Shown: positions 43,849-58,900 of the stretch, piece after piece
Layout of the letters: each line of letters starts with the position of its first letter
How positions within the stretch are numbered: the first letter of the stretch is position 1
The notes under the pieces: model-generated
Told to the model about the DNA's origin: nothing
Databases searched by the model: none
Seen by the model: the letters and a program-made list of their open reading frames with translations, nothing else
Program-made: the position numbers and the translations under genes
DNA from: Ophelia neglecta
Taxonomy: Eukaryota
DNA: 64,000 bases
Reading direction: 5' to 3'
NCBI GenBank assembly: GCA_965285935.1
Contig: OZ260661.1
Coordinates: forward strand, 98,146,001 to 98,210,000

Positions 43849-46800
43849 CTGTCGAATTAAAGGTATTACATAGTGCCATTATGTTACTCATTTAATGTGT
43901 CTTTTTGTGGTTAGCATATGAATAGAACAAAAGAACAAGTACTTTTTCTGATAGGTGCATGGTTATCATTGATATAATACAGGCTGTAGGGAAATTATTC
44001 TGTACAGGTTACATATAGTACGCCCCTTATGAATTGATCAAAAACATACATTGAATTGAGGCTTAATCAGTTTTGACAATCTGATAAAGTTTGATGAAAT
44101 GATCAAGCGGACTGGTACGTCTTTAATATTTTCAAAGGAAATACTTTCTAATAGCTTGTTCCGATGAAATTAATGAGCTAAAAGCCTTTCCCGTCTATTG
44201 AGGAAAAAGCTCTAGATATGTTTATGTTGGCAGTGTTGAAAACCTCTTCTGACCTAAGAAATCAATTAAACTTGACTAAATATCTCATTACTGACTGACG
44301 CTCCTATACAACTACAATCTATTAAAGAGGATCTTCAATTTTTTTCAAGCAATGCTAAGTTGCTCTAGTGTCAGCTTAATATTCAGGCAATCACGAATTA
44401 GGCATTGCTATCAAAGGCACACATCTTTGCACCATTCAATGGCCCGTTCAGAAGGTCTGAATGAGTGTAACCAAGTATTTGAAATTCATTAAACAGGGAA
44501 TAAAGGATGCAAACACCATGGCTTATCAAAAGCTCATTTTAAATTTGTAATCAGAAACCTTAACATGGTTACAATTAGATGTTATTTTTCAATTAGATGT
44601 TGAAAAGAAGATTTCCACTCGACCAAAAGCCCTATTTAAGACTGTACCTGTGGCCTTACTAACATGAACTCACAGCCGGATTTTAAAGTGAGACAAATGT
44701 ATCCCCCCCCCCCGTCCCTCTGCTACAAATATACTACAATTTAACTTAAGTTTAACGGATGGTTGTTTATCCCAGACATTCTAACCCCAAAAGCCCATCG
44801 CCCCATCCCACATTCGACCCTCACGGTACACAATGTGCCCCACCCCACCCCCCACCCCACCCCAGCCCCCACCCCGGCCTGTACAAATCTAGTTCCGCCA
44901 ATGAGACATGCACGGCACATGCTCATTATGGCGTGGCTAAACAGAATAACCTGTCACTTGTCGTTTGGTGGCACACAGCTGAGCAAGGAACACACGAGCG
45001 AACTGTACAGTTCTTTTCAGACTCGAGAGGAATTGCAAAACTCACTGCCCTCTGTGACCTACTAAATTAGCTCAAGCGAAAGTGGTTTGAGTGGGACTTA
45101 AGTCGATCAACAATAAGGCACTGTTACTTTTTATCAAGGGGGAGATTCCTTTTCTTCTAACAAAAAGGCATATTCAGTTTATAAATCAGGAGTCCTCTAT
45201 TTCTTCAAATTTCATATCAATTTTTTAGTGTTAGACTAGACTAGACTATCGATGACTAAAGCTATCATGTAAAAAAGCATGACATAATTGTTTTCGCAGA
45301 GAAAATAAAATTTTCAATATAAAATGTCCCGCCTCTGGTTATATGTTTTGCAAGTATATTACGGACATTGTATGTCCGACATTGTATATATTCAATATCA
45401 CCAAGTTGTACATGACTGACAGGTTAAGAGGCACGTTCTTAAAATTATTTATCTTTTGCATGATATAATATTGGGAGTTATAAGATTCATAAGGTCAAGT
45501 CAATAAATAAAAGCCTTGGATATTACTGCCTGATAACTTGTGATCTTCCTCCGCCAAATACAAAAAAGGCCAGTGATACAGTCGATCAACAAACTCTGGG
45601 ACATGTAGGAATGTTTTAGGTTTGTACATATGATAGAATATTTTCAGGAAAGATAAACTCTCAGATTCTCAGGTGGTCGAAAATTTACAAACATATTTCC
45701 GCTGAATGGAGTTCGAGTGATCACATTCAACTTCGGCTACAGAATACTCCTCTTACATTTAAGGGAACAGTTAGGACTAGAAACAGTAAAACAGAGAAAT
45801 ATAGTTGGATTATAATTTTTCTTGGCTTAGTTCATGTTCATACTTTAGCTCAGACGAGTATACGGTACACCTTGAAGAGGACGATTACCATCTTAAGGTT
45901 TTTCAACATCTTTGCTTTGGGACATACCTTTATTACCCACAAGCATAACAGCGTGTTTTCTCGACCCCCATGTAGCCTAATAATCAAATGAATACCGTGT
46001 ACCCATTCTTAACCCAATGAGAAGGAAACTTTTTTTGTACCCAGCACGCCATCAACATGACCAGACAATCTTACTGAATGCTGGATTTTGCTTTTTACGA
46101 CATTTGTATATTATGTTATCATATTATATCACAAACATGGGAATATAATAATTGAATTTGACTGTTGCTGTTCATAAACTGTACATGGTAGGCCTTGGTA
46201 TACAACAAGTATGGACAGACATGTCAGAAAGGTAAAACCCCCAGGGAATGATAGCCACTTATGTTAAAAATTCATGTTGCCACTTCTTTCAATATACATA
46301 TCATTTTATTTTTTACTATTTATCGTGGTCTGTACGCTTTGGCCAGAGTTGTATACCCAAGATTTATAATTATATAGGCCTAAACACATCTCTGGCTTCG
46401 CCTATAGGGGGCCTAATCATATAAATTACTCCATAGGCTTAGCAGAATCAACAAAAAATAATATAGTATATGTGTGAAATGCGTTTTTCACATTTGATTG
46501 TTCCTAATAGTCCTAATGAACGATTACCAACAGAAGAAAACCCTTTGCATGGCTGTTTTTAATTTCCTCTATAAAATCTCCTAAATTTATTGCGAACAAC
46601 ATGAATGATTAGGTTATGCGGACTTTGTGTCAAACCCAATCGATTGTTAGGTTTCTATCAATATTAGCTGATTGTTGCCTTGATCTTTTCTCTATCGGGC
46701 TTAATTATACCTCACAAAAAGCTTCATGATTTTACAAAGTGTTTAGTTCGTCCTTACAGCCAAGAAGAGGCTTCTCACAAGGGGGAAATTGCCAGATCAA

Positions 46801-48776
46801 TGGTCTATCATCAACCTCCGAAACTGTAGACTCCGCCAATATTTGTACAAGTGACACGACAAAGAGGGTGCTTCCGAATTCGCTAAAGATATGGATCTGT
46901 AGCCGCAAATTCCCGAGCTGCTGTGCGCCCCCTGATTTGCATTGTTCCCTAAATAGGTGTCTAACCTTTCCTTCTGAGTGCCAAACGACATGCTAATCGT
47001 CTGGGGTAACCGATGTCGGAGCATCGCCGCCACTGATTACAGGTGTTAATCAACTGTGCCCACGCACACCACTCGATGGAGATGAGTAACCCAAGTCGTC
47101 TGCCATGTAAAAATGGCGACGTCCCCCCAACCAACTTGTGTTGCATTAACAAGGGTACGGGTCAGTTAGAAGCATTCGGGTCGTGTGTAATACTTGCTAA
47201 TTCTTTCAGTGGATGCGTGTTTCATTTAATTCTACTAATCTAGATACAAATTAAATCATTAATTTACCCCACTCAGTGCTGAAAATGATACTTAGTAGGT
47301 CTAACAAGCTTATTTTCATCAGATTGTATTTCTTCATACTCTGCCCTCGGAATAGTTACAGAATCATTTACATCATCAGAGATTTGTACACTGTTTTAAA
47401 CAAGCCTAGGCCTACTCAAATATTCAGCCAGATAAATGTATAGTCCTTTTGTATGTCTGTTCTTTGCAGCTTTCTTTATCTAGACCACTCTGAAGACTTA
47501 TTTGTTAACACATCTGATTAAAGTTGCCCAGAATCTCGAATTTATTACCGTAACACAAAATTCATCATAGGTTCTCTTAAGGCGCACTTCCTGTCAGAGG
47601 AAAGCAGGTTGTTACAGCAAAACAGACACTCTAATTAAGACTTTTGTTTAGACTATACGGTCGTGCTTATCTTCAAGCTAGAAGCACTGCCTTGGGGGTA
47701 TTTTTAATTAGTACAAATTTGGACTGTGAAATATATACAATCAGAGAGCTTGACAATAATTTCATGTCTCCGATAAGACAGAGTGAGTGGGTACTTTTCT
47801 CGTGAGAAGCTACCTGAGGCTGTAAATTACTGCTCGAAATCTTTCGTACCTCATAGAGTGATTGGTCTTTTGTGGTCTATGAATATTGGAAAGTCATTAC
47901 TATGCTGGGGTTGTGTAAATGGATGAATTTCTTAGACACTGAATCGTGGTCAACATTTGTGAAATATTTGACTACATGATGCGAGTAGGATAATGTGCCA
48001 AATTTATTTGCAATACTTTTTGGCATATTTCTAATATATGGAAATTGGAAACTATTGGATTATCAGTTAACCATATTCGGGACATATGTCTCAACATAAA
48101 AACCTTATGATATTCAAAGCATAGGTAATGATTAATACACATGTATATGTACATAAAAAATGTATCAGGACGTAAGCGAGCAGCTTTCGTTCGCTCCCTT
48201 CTACATTTCTATTAATTATTTTATTTTAACTTAACATGGTACGAGGTTTATATATAGCTGCATCATCGTGTGAATTATTGAAGCTAAGCCTATATCAATA
48301 ATATTTAATGTATGAAAGTGAAAAAAATAAAAGCTCAATCTACTTTCGAACTTTCTTATTTGGATTTCTGCTTAAGCTTTCATTAGCTTGTAGCCTGCCC
48401 GGGAAGAATGTGACCCAGGCATAATTACACAGGAGAATTATCAATGTTGTTCTGTTTTATCTGAAATCTTAAATCAGTTCTGGAAAAAACTAAATTTGGA
48501 GCTGTACACGTCATTAATTAATGCTATGAGGAGAGACCGCTCGATTAGCCTAGCGCTACTCGGTCAATCCAAATAAATATGTTTAAACCAATTAATGCTA
48601 TACCGATTAGCATGAAATGTTAGCCTAGTAAAACAAAACAAACTGATGTAGGCCTATAGACGCCAATTACTGAGTTGCTTACAAGAAGTAATAAAAAATA
48701 AATAGTGCCCTGGCTCAGTTGATCGGTGCTATCGGGATATTAGACTACCAGTGTGATTGGATAATAAAAAACTTAC

Positions 48777-49344
48777 CAGCAAATCTATGACTAAGAAGGT
48801 TTCCATGTCTGGAGAGAAACCAAGGGAAATAGGGGCCGAGCGACTCCCTATGGTGTCCGAGGAGGAGCTGGTGCATGCCCAGCTGATGAGCAGCCGAGTT
48901 AGCCAGCCCCAGGGGCATGCCGCCCGTACCGCATTGCAGGGGGTTGGGAAAGCCCATGTGGCCACTGGCGACCGTGCCCAAGCCGGGGTGTAAATTATGC
49001 AGACTTTCGGCAGTTAAATGCATGGGTAAGTCACTTGGGTGGGGGTCAAAATGACCACTGTGTCCCTTACTGGCGTTAATTCCGTGAAGGAATGCAGCAG
49101 CTGCCGCCCCCATGCCCGGTACCACGGGCTGAAAGCCGCTGCTACCGGTATGAGCGGGCAGGGGTCTGTCTGGAGACGAGTCCCTAGGACTGCGGATTGT
49201 CCTTGCCTCGCGGGGCGAGGGAGAGGGGGAACGGTCCCGGACCGGGCTACTCTCCCGCGAGTCGTGCTCCTTGCTCTTACCCATCAACGAGTCTATAGTG
49301 AAAGAGCTCGGCTTCTTGCTCACACTGGCAGCCACTGGCATCAT
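48777..49344 (-). CDS. Emx: Emx coding exon 1
   Basis: MMPVAAS..., eh1 motif SSFTIDSLM, YFPWFL hexapeptide-like motif, ...HRFA-G|gtaagt donor (phase 1, matches exon 2). Spliced protein is 349 aa. Confidence 0.93.
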
Positions 49345-49899
49345 TCTACAGGATTTATTTAATAGTTCTGTAAAATCCCGAGAAAAGGGATGGATTACTT
49401 CTCCGCAAGTTCCCCACTTACTCTTTGTGGCCTGCGATATCTAACCCACTCATCTTCAAGCTGTGAAACGCATATTGAAGTATATTCACAAATGGTATCT
49501 GTTGAATTTTACAGGTTTTCCTTTTGTCTAAATCTCTTCGCCTCCTTTCAGGGGAATGTTTCAAGTTACAAAGTCCGCACACAGAATGTGTCCCAAAAGT
49601 CTCCTTGAAAGCGTGTTATTTCCCGTGATTAATCAGTTCTCGTGTGATTTGTAATTAGTATAGTAGTACGATTGATTCACCAGAGTTACTGAACTCATTT
49701 TAAACTTAGTCTTTTCTCCGTAAGCTCCATAATAGTCGTACAGATATCAAGATAGGAAGATCCCATTACCTTTCAGTGCCTGTGGAGAGGATAATAAAAC
49801 GAAGAATGGAGGCGCGACGCTGAAAATGACTTCTAGCTAAACACTAATTTCGTCTATATTATGCCTAAATAGAGGTCATCGGTGTATGGATTGATTCAA

Positions 49900-49960
49900 C
49901 ACCTGATTGGCTACGATTGACCGCGACGACCTCCAATCCAAGCCTCCAGCCAATCGGTGG
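49900..49960 (-). promoter_or_regulatory. CCAAT-box cluster, candidate Emx proximal promoter
   Basis: ATTGG at 49906-49910, CCAAT at 49933-49937 and 49950-49954, about 0.6 kb upstream of the ATG. Confidence 0.45.
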
Positions 49961-52900
49961 GGAGCTTCCCACAGCGACATCTACGAACGCTGTGTTGTCA
50001 AGTGCCGTCTCAGCAGCATGAGCCAAGCTCGGTAGGCGAATTCAGAATGTGCAAGCTTAGTTTGTGGAACTGACAACAGCCGACAGAAGTGCTGGGTATA
50101 CTATCGGTAGGAATCTCTTTTCTTGTTTTGGCCAATCAAAATTAAAACTAATATGTTCTGTCATACCTTTCTTCGCGATATTTGGCCAAAACAATAACGT
50201 TATTTTCTTGGGATGTGCTAGGCCTAATATTGTTCACTGGCCTTGTGTGCATTTTCTTTCACCTGGTTTGTTTACAAGTTACCAATTTTTTCAGTGCACC
50301 TTTTCTTTGAGCGCCAATGAAGCTAGGTATAATTTACTTAAATAAAACGATGGTCTACACATTCAAAAGATGAATATTAAATTAAATACATAATGACAGT
50401 AGTTCGAGGTAGCTAACCTGTTTGTCAGGCTCCACTGAGCTGCAGATCCCGCTGATTCACAGTTTGTTATGAGAGACAGCCTGAAGACTTACATGTCGTA
50501 CACAGTAGAGGAGGGGTGAGGCATCGTCAACTAAATCATTAACAGCAACGATTGTATCTAATCTCCAGGGGTATGTAAAGGAGAGTCATGATAAGACTAT
50601 TGGCCGCAGGATAGTACAAACCAACGCTAAATTCACATCAGTATACGGGTTTAGATCCACAATTCGCAATGACTGTGAAAACGACTGGGCAATTTTGTAG
50701 AATTTTAATTTCCTCCACAACATAGGAATTAAGGGCTGTTAATTTAGGCTTATATAACGTTTGTAGGGCTATTTGCAAATTCTACAAGGTCTATAATCTG
50801 TAGCATTAAGGGTGAAAAGACAATTTAACAGTCATTCAGCTAATGACAAGGCTATTCTAAATAAAACAGAAAAAAATGTTTGTTTACATAGACTACTGCC
50901 TACACATTATATTTCAAGTGATAGGCAATCTCAACCTGGACAGAAAAAAAGGCAAGATTAAACCAAATAATTCCTTTTTCTGTCAATAATTGTCTTCTGT
51001 ATTTTGGGTACTAGAGGTGCTTCCTTGGCAAGATGATAATGTTCTGGATGATATGCCATGGATGATTGTTGTAAATAAAAACATATCCATACAAAGTTTT
51101 ACCAAAGTCTCAATAATTTACGCCTATCTGCTTCTCAGATTGATATTTAGGTATCTATGTTTTTTTGTCAATACGTGTCTTCCATTTAAAACGGAAGATC
51201 CATATTGAACTTAATATATATTATTTTACACAATTTTATTTTCATTTGTGTCATTTTAGAATTGAGTGCGGTTTGAAATTGTATTGTGACAAACTAGTCC
51301 TTCAATGCGTCCTTGGTAAACGTCTTGACTTATCTGTTTATTTCAAACATTTGATATTTACCTCAAAGATACTATTTTACTTGCAAAATAACCTTACTGT
51401 TAGTCTTGGCATTTCCAAGTCACAACTCTCGTGGAAGGGCAGACAAATTTCCGACGAGGACTCAAACAAATGCACGAGCCAGTCTTAGAGATTATACTGT
51501 AAAGATGATTTTTGATATTTGATGTACATGGCCAGCTGTGTTTTGATATCTTCTCTTGTATACCATTGAAACGATACTTTGTGATATAGGAGATGGCGAA
51601 GCATATCCATGCCCTTAAGCAAAAAGTAATTTAAGTCCCTTTTTTGGTGGGAGATCTTTAGAATTCAAGCCTCTGATCGGATATAGAGGGTAAAGGACTG
51701 TTCATACTTTATAACCAGCTACCATGTCATTAGGAAAACCACCAATAACGTTTTACGCATATTAAGCCAGTTTTATTTACAAATAGCCTCGCTAAACATC
51801 GAATGGGTCGGGCTAAGTAAATAACTTTACATGTGTTACTATAAAAACGGAAGATATTATCTCTGATATGTCAACCTGGAGAAGGGGCGCATATTTCAGC
51901 TGTTCAACGGGCTGACTCCGGCAGTTGAGAGGCTTGCCGCCGACATGTCAGGGGGAGGTTTGAGGGGCATGGGCCACTGCCGACGGACAAAGCCCCCCTA
52001 GTCCCACAAACTGCATGTCTTGTCATCTCAAACCACCGATGAATACACCTTATCACCCTAATCAACGAAGGCAAAGCATGTATATCATCGCATTATTAAC
52101 TCTACCCGTCAATTTCGCACAACCAGAGGGTAATAGAGCTAAATTACCTGAGTGTTGGTTTTCACCGCACTACTTCTTCATTGCGCACCTGAATACGCAT
52201 AGCGAAATGATTGTTACAAACTTTGACAGGTAAATAGTCCCTATATTTTGTAATCGTGTCCATCACATAGTCCTATACAATTACACTTATCTTTATGATA
52301 AACCCTAAACATCTCCATTGCTCACCAGTCCTGGCGACTTTAACACTAGTTGATGACACCATGCATGCTGATTTCTAGACAGGATTTAGTCGAACTTTTC
52401 TACTTAGTAAATGACAGCAGGTGTATAAATAAATGTATATTCATGGGAGAAAACTCGAGGGAGGGGTGGAGAAACTGTAGTTAGTTTTTATTTAGACTAG
52501 TAGCAAATCCAGCAGATATATGCCCCAGCTTCTGCATAAGATATAGCGTAAGAAGAATATGACTCCTCCCCTGGCACATAACAGTTATATCGGACTCGTC
52601 ACTGGCCTGCCTAACTCTAATATACCGGGAAATTTAATATGGCTGCAATTATCGTCATATTGTATTGGCTGTTCACCTTGTTAAGGGGCCTGCTCGTCAC
52701 CTGCAATCCCATGCCACAAAAATTACAATATGACATCATTGTAATTTGGAGATTAAAAGATAGGTTATAGCCCTTTCAAACTGAACTTAATAAAAATTAT
52801 ATAAACAACATTCAGAAGTCATGTTCCATTAAGTACATATACTAACTGTACTATCTGTCTCTGACTGATGTCCTGTTTAGCAGTAACACCAGGAACGGCG

Positions 52901-55531
52901 AGTTATGACATACATGTATAAGTATGCGACAAGTCGGCTAGGGCACCCTGTCTGACAAAGGGTACATGTATATTGACAAAAACTCATAACCCTGTACACA
53001 CCGACACATGTCCGCACGAGGAGGTCAGCAGCCTGTCTTGTCTACCTGAAGCTACGTGTGATAATTATATACCGGCAGCTTCCTGCGTACAGGGATGGTG
53101 GTATTTAGGGGGAGGGGACCCCCTACAAGGCTACCCTCCTCGATCAATGAGCCAGCCATCCCTGGGGGCACGCCACAACCTCCCCCGGGCCGCTACTCGT
53201 GCTAGAGAGAGCGTGTTATGTCAACCAGATTAATTAGTTCGTAAATTGACCACGAAGAGCCCAAGTGGCCGATTGACGGGGCGATACCCCCATACAATAC
53301 AACTGACACTTGATTGACGAATGTCGGAGAACGCACGCTGATAACGAAACACTGACACCACTGTTTAGGTACAAAACCAGAGACACGCTGCCTGAAAAAA
53401 GGTCGCTGGATGTATTCATTTTCGCTGCGGTATGTTTTCCTTGCTTCATAGACGCAATTACACCTCATCAATTACCAGCTGATTAGACTGGGGAGGCTCT
53501 GCCGGTGGCCGCTGATCACGGAATGAACCTGTTTATAACTCACGGTGAGATGAGGCTGTAATGCTTCTGACAATCAAAGCCAATTAACGCTGCTAGTTGA
53601 ACTTTAAGTCCAAAATTGGGCTATGCGGGGTAATATATTACGTAACAGCCATGAAACCGCCATGTAAATGAATGCTCTCTTAAAGAGCGTTCAATTCCAT
53701 GACTAATAAATAGATAAAGAAAAGTAAGTGAAAAATAGGACCCTACCTTTTTAGTACATTGAAGACAGTATTAACAAATCTTCCTAGATAGTGTACACAT
53801 AGTGTACTCTAGGAACTGTATAATGGACATTCCAGTAGCACATGCATTTTCCACCTCTGCCACATCACAAACCAGGCATGTTCTATTTCCTCGTGGTATA
53901 ATTAGTCTTGCCCTAGTTCAAGTTTCAATTTTAGGTAATCATTTCTAACCAGAAAACCACATTTTACTAAAGAAGTCTTTCTGGAAACTCTTGGTAAATA
54001 AATAGATGATTGCCTGAGATACCAACTGTCACAAAAACTAACTGAAAAAAATATACATGTACTAGTAGTGGTAAAACATATAAAAATTGGTTATCCCATG
54101 CTAAATTATATAATCTTGCTCCTATATCTTGTACAAATCAATCAATATTAAGTTTGCTGTCCCTTTCTTTTCCCGCATTGTTCTTAGTCGTATTTCATTT
54201 AGACAAATGACACTTTTAATAATTTCCAACCATTTTTTATTTAGTTGCTTGGCAAATAAGTATCTCTTGATATATTCTGGCATACAGACCAGGTTTCAAA
54301 TTGGTATTTACCTGTCCACCGAACTTCAGAATCTCTTCTAAGCGAATATAATACAGCGGTATGCACGCACTCTCTCTAGAACTACACTATACAAGTTGTA
54401 GTAGGCCTATATTGTTTCAAGTGTAAAGCTTGAGTTTAAATAGCGAAAGTTTACCTTTTTGTGTTTTTATACTCGTTTTTTACTGTCATTGTATAGATAT
54501 CGACATTTCTACCTACCAATATTTTAAGCTTATAAGAAAATAAGTTTTGCTGGAGATTGGTTCAAAATAGACAAGTCACTCACCTGGACAGATCATAATT
54601 ATTCACGATATAGGCCTATAGGGCAAAGTTTGACGTAGTCTATATAGAGGTATCTTACGTAAATAGCATGCACGTAAATAATTTGATAAACATACTTGTA
54701 ACTCTGTACCATCCTATATATGACCTTATCTTATGCATCGAGATATGGGGATAGGCATTTGATTCATATCTGGATTGTCTGGTTAAGTAACAAAAAGAGC
54801 TGTTAGATTATTGACTGTGTCACCATACATTGCCTCCGTATCGGGAAACAGAAACTCTCCCTTGTTTACATGGTATTTACATGGTATTTAACATCTTTTT
54901 AATGGTATTTTGCCGGGGGTTGTATCGAATCTCTGTAGATTTAATACAGCCATACACAGTTATAATACAAGACAGTCAACTGCTGGTAATTTATACATAC
55001 ATGCAGCGAAGCCCGTCTTTTCAGGCAGTTACTACATGTAATACTAATGCTAGCAAAGTTAATAATAATTGTTCGCCGCAAAATAGTCCTTGACGGCATC
55101 CCTGACGAAATCCTTCCAGCTGGCTTTATACAATCACAGATTTTATTATTAAAATTCCCTAGTTATGTCTTTCAATTGTTGTTCTCAAATAAATCTTACA
55201 GGTGAATTCGCATCTACAACCCTTGTCTTTCCACTCACCCCTGTATCTCTCTTATATGTATATTTCCTTTCATGTAGGTTATCGTTTATCATATTGGTTT
55301 CAATTATTTGTCTTATATAAGGTTAAATACATGCAGTTGTGTGTGTATGTATAATAATGTATAGAAGTGTGTGTATTGTATGTAACCGTCTTTATGTTTA
55401 TAAGCGTATGTATAAATTTCTGTGAGTATCTGTCCGTACATACTAGCACATTTACAATGATTCACACTGCATGTATTTATTTCATAATTTCGCCATGTTG
55501 TCCCTCAATTATGCTCGAGTTATATGGAAGG

Positions 55532-55905
55532 CCCGGGGGGGGGGTACTTGCCCTAAACATTGGTGGGTATGCTCCACCCAAGGGCCAGATATGGGACCCA
55601 AAAAGAGCTGAACCTCTACAGTAAAACAGACCCAAATAGAGCTGAACATGTAATGAAAAGGAAGCCAACAATAGATGCTTGAAATGGGCAATTCCTAGCC
55701 TTATATTTCACAAGGAATAAGCAATTTTCAAAAGACAAAAGGATAATAATTATAACATAATGACAAAACAATTTTAAACTGAATATATATTCAGCGGCTT
55801 GCTCGAAAACAAGGGTCTAAAAGAGCGGACTTAGCTTCGAAAAGGGGGGTCTAAAGGGCGGAGCATACCCGTATGGCAGTATATAGGGAGTACCCCCTCC
55901 CCGGG
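55532..55905. mobile_element. MITE, 374 bp, with long imperfect TIRs and an 8-bp TSD
   Basis: Left end cccggggggggggtact..ccta...gggtatgctcc; right end ggagcataccc...tagggagtaccccctccccggg; ATGGAAGG duplicated at 55524-55531 and 55906-55913. Confidence 0.9.
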
Positions 55906-58900
55906 ATGGAAGGGACACATAAGCCCTAGGCTTCCAGTCCTTTTGATTTATTTCATATTTGTACCGCGGTACTATTTTATTTTTTTGTTGCTGTTTTATT
56001 AATACTTATCTTACGAAGTATTATAAATGTACATTGTATATAATATGACACTTGAACAAAATAAGCTTGAATTGTTTCAACCTATTTGTCTTTTATACAT
56101 AACTGTTATTCGGTGAGTAGGCCTACACAGGGAGTACACATGCGGGCTGCATCTTGTGGGCCTACAGTATGGAGAGCCGGTTGAGAGTTGGCATGGCAGA
56201 AGTAAAACTATAAAACTTTGAACTGATACATTGTTCATGGGCTCTGGGATAGCCACTGTGGTGGGTTATTGATAACAACGTCTTCAAATAACATCATTAT
56301 TTCAACAATGAAAATAAACAAAAAATCAACAGAGATTTTTTTAGCAGACTCTCATTATTTGTCGAAGTCTATCTGATCATGCGCAGCAGAGACCACCAAC
56401 CAAGAGACATGGATCTAATCATCAATAATTACCAAAAAGGTATTGTTCATTATTGTAATTTCAGCACTACACATATTATGCCAAGACAAACATTTCGTTA
56501 TCAATTCATGCAGGCAGTTGGAAGATGCAATCTAGCTAAGTGCTTCGACATCTATGCCTTATGTTTCGAGGGGACAATTCAAAGGAAACTCCCCTGAGGT
56601 AAAATATTAATAAAGTCTTTAGATGGCTAATGAGATTTGTCTTTTGTTAATCGGCGTCACTAGGAAACGTCTGTTTGAATGGAAGAAAGTATGGCACTTT
56701 ACTTATCGGAAATAATGAGGGGGTAGTGTAGCAGACGACATGCAGATCACTTGTGCAGGTCCCTGCTCTAGCAGACTTACCCCGAGGGCAGACGACAGGT
56801 CGCTACCTCTGATAGCAAAAGCTGCTCGAAAAATGGTTCTCAGGTACGAAGTAATAACAAAACTATATAGAAGAGAAAGTATTTCTCCTGTTCATTCAAA
56901 TAGCAAATAAAGAATGCCATATATTATGTGAAATGCATATTTACTCTCATATCTGAATATATTCTGGAATAAAGTCAAAACGAGGTCTACATGTACCTCT
57001 TTGGCTATCATGCCTAGATTAGCACTAAAACTACTTGGAAAACACATCTCATATTACGTATACTCAAAAAGATAAAAACCTTTACAGCTTAATCACACTT
57101 GATTGTGGGATTGTTTGTCTGTCGTATTCAACATTTCATTGAATTGCTTAAAGCTGATAACTCGTGGTATAGTTGAAAACGTCTTAGTTTGCAGTGACGT
57201 GTTGGTGTGGTTTTCTGGAAGTTATCAGTGTTCACTGCTTGCCTGCATGTGATTAAGGAGGTCAGATGTGCAGACAGCCTTGTATACCCTCGTGGTTTGA
57301 CGGTATTTGGTGTTTAACGAATCTCCGCCAAAACATCACGTTGTGAGCACTCTCCTGTAACCAAGCAGGTCTAATGACAGGCCCTTATGTTTAACTTAAC
57401 GGCTTATCATTCCATCATTAATCATAACAATTGTCTCCAGGGATAAAAGAAATGTTATATGATTAGCATTATTCGCCACATTAGTTAGCATGAATACCCC
57501 AAGAAAATATACACCGATCTGCTTGCTTGGCGTGACGAATGACAATTAAGACAGTTTTTACGATAAAGAAATGAGCGGAGTTTTTTGAAAATCTTACATC
57601 GTAACATAAGAGCATTCCATATCAGTTCATGTTTAGGCCTAATAACTAGTTTCTGTAGACCAATAATCTAGCTAGGGTAATACAGTCGCAACATCAGATT
57701 GGATCTAATTGGTGTGTTTATTTTGAAGTGTATGGTATTGAAGTTATAACAAACCAGTGTCACCCGTCCGATCTCGTTGCAGTCACGCTCCGAGACTTCA
57801 TTTTGTTCCAGCAGTGACACTTACATGGACATCGCTATGTACCGATCAAGAGGTCAGTTTGCCTTATCGCAAACACGATGAGGCAGCCAGATGATTTTGT
57901 TTGGATATTAAGTTAAGTGCTTTTTTAAAATGTGTCATATATGCTTTAGAATTTCATTCCTGCTATGAAAGTTCCAAAATGAGGGAAGGCTTGCCGAACA
58001 TTGCCTGCTATATCAAAGAACAAACCCATGGGGGCCTAACTCTATATTTCCACGCGTTTTTCGCAGGCCAAATCCAAACATTAGAATATATAGGCATATT
58101 TTGCTGCAGAATGGTGCTACGTTTTGTTTATTAACAGATGTAACAAGTCTTTTTGTTGCTGAGAGTAGTCGATGAAATGAGGAGCGAGGTTTTAGAGCCG
58201 AAGTAACGCTTTGAGTGGGTTGCTGACAGGATGCGAGACCTGGCGTACTTGACCCTATTAATGTTGTATTTGTTGTCAGTTTGGAGTGATTTGACCTCGT
58301 GGCATCTTCTTCTGTCAGCGTCCCTAAGGAGACGCCGTTGCTGTCGATCGAAGGGATGCAGACAAGGCTAGAACGTTAAAATCACACAGATTGTGTTCCA
58401 ATACAAAAGAAAACCTGTCCAGAGCATGAAACAGAAGCCGGTGCGCATGTCTAACAGAAGGTGGCTGCTTGTGGTGGATGTTTGCCAGTGTCGTCTGCAC
58501 CATGGTCGACTCCGCCGAGCTCGCCGGACTCATCTGTTTGCTCTACGTTCAAGTTGCCATCAGCGCTTCCTTATCTCAATTAAAACGATCGATTGTATCA
58601 CGCCTCTTGTCATTTTTCCTTTTTTGCTGACTATTCCTGCCAAACGAGGCTTTGGTTCGTATATTGTTTTCCTGTAATGGCCGGTATCATTATCCGACCA
58701 TATATCATATGAACAATCGAAGGGCGACGCTCGTGACTTTGGCGGCTATCAGACGACCGCCGCAAATGGCGTCTGCACTGGGCTATCAACCAAAAACCAG
58801 AGTTCTCCTCCTCAATCTAGATTAATAGATGGTCACATGATGGGTTAATCGTGATCAAACGACAAAGATTATGCGATAATCTATCCTAAATTGCTTGATG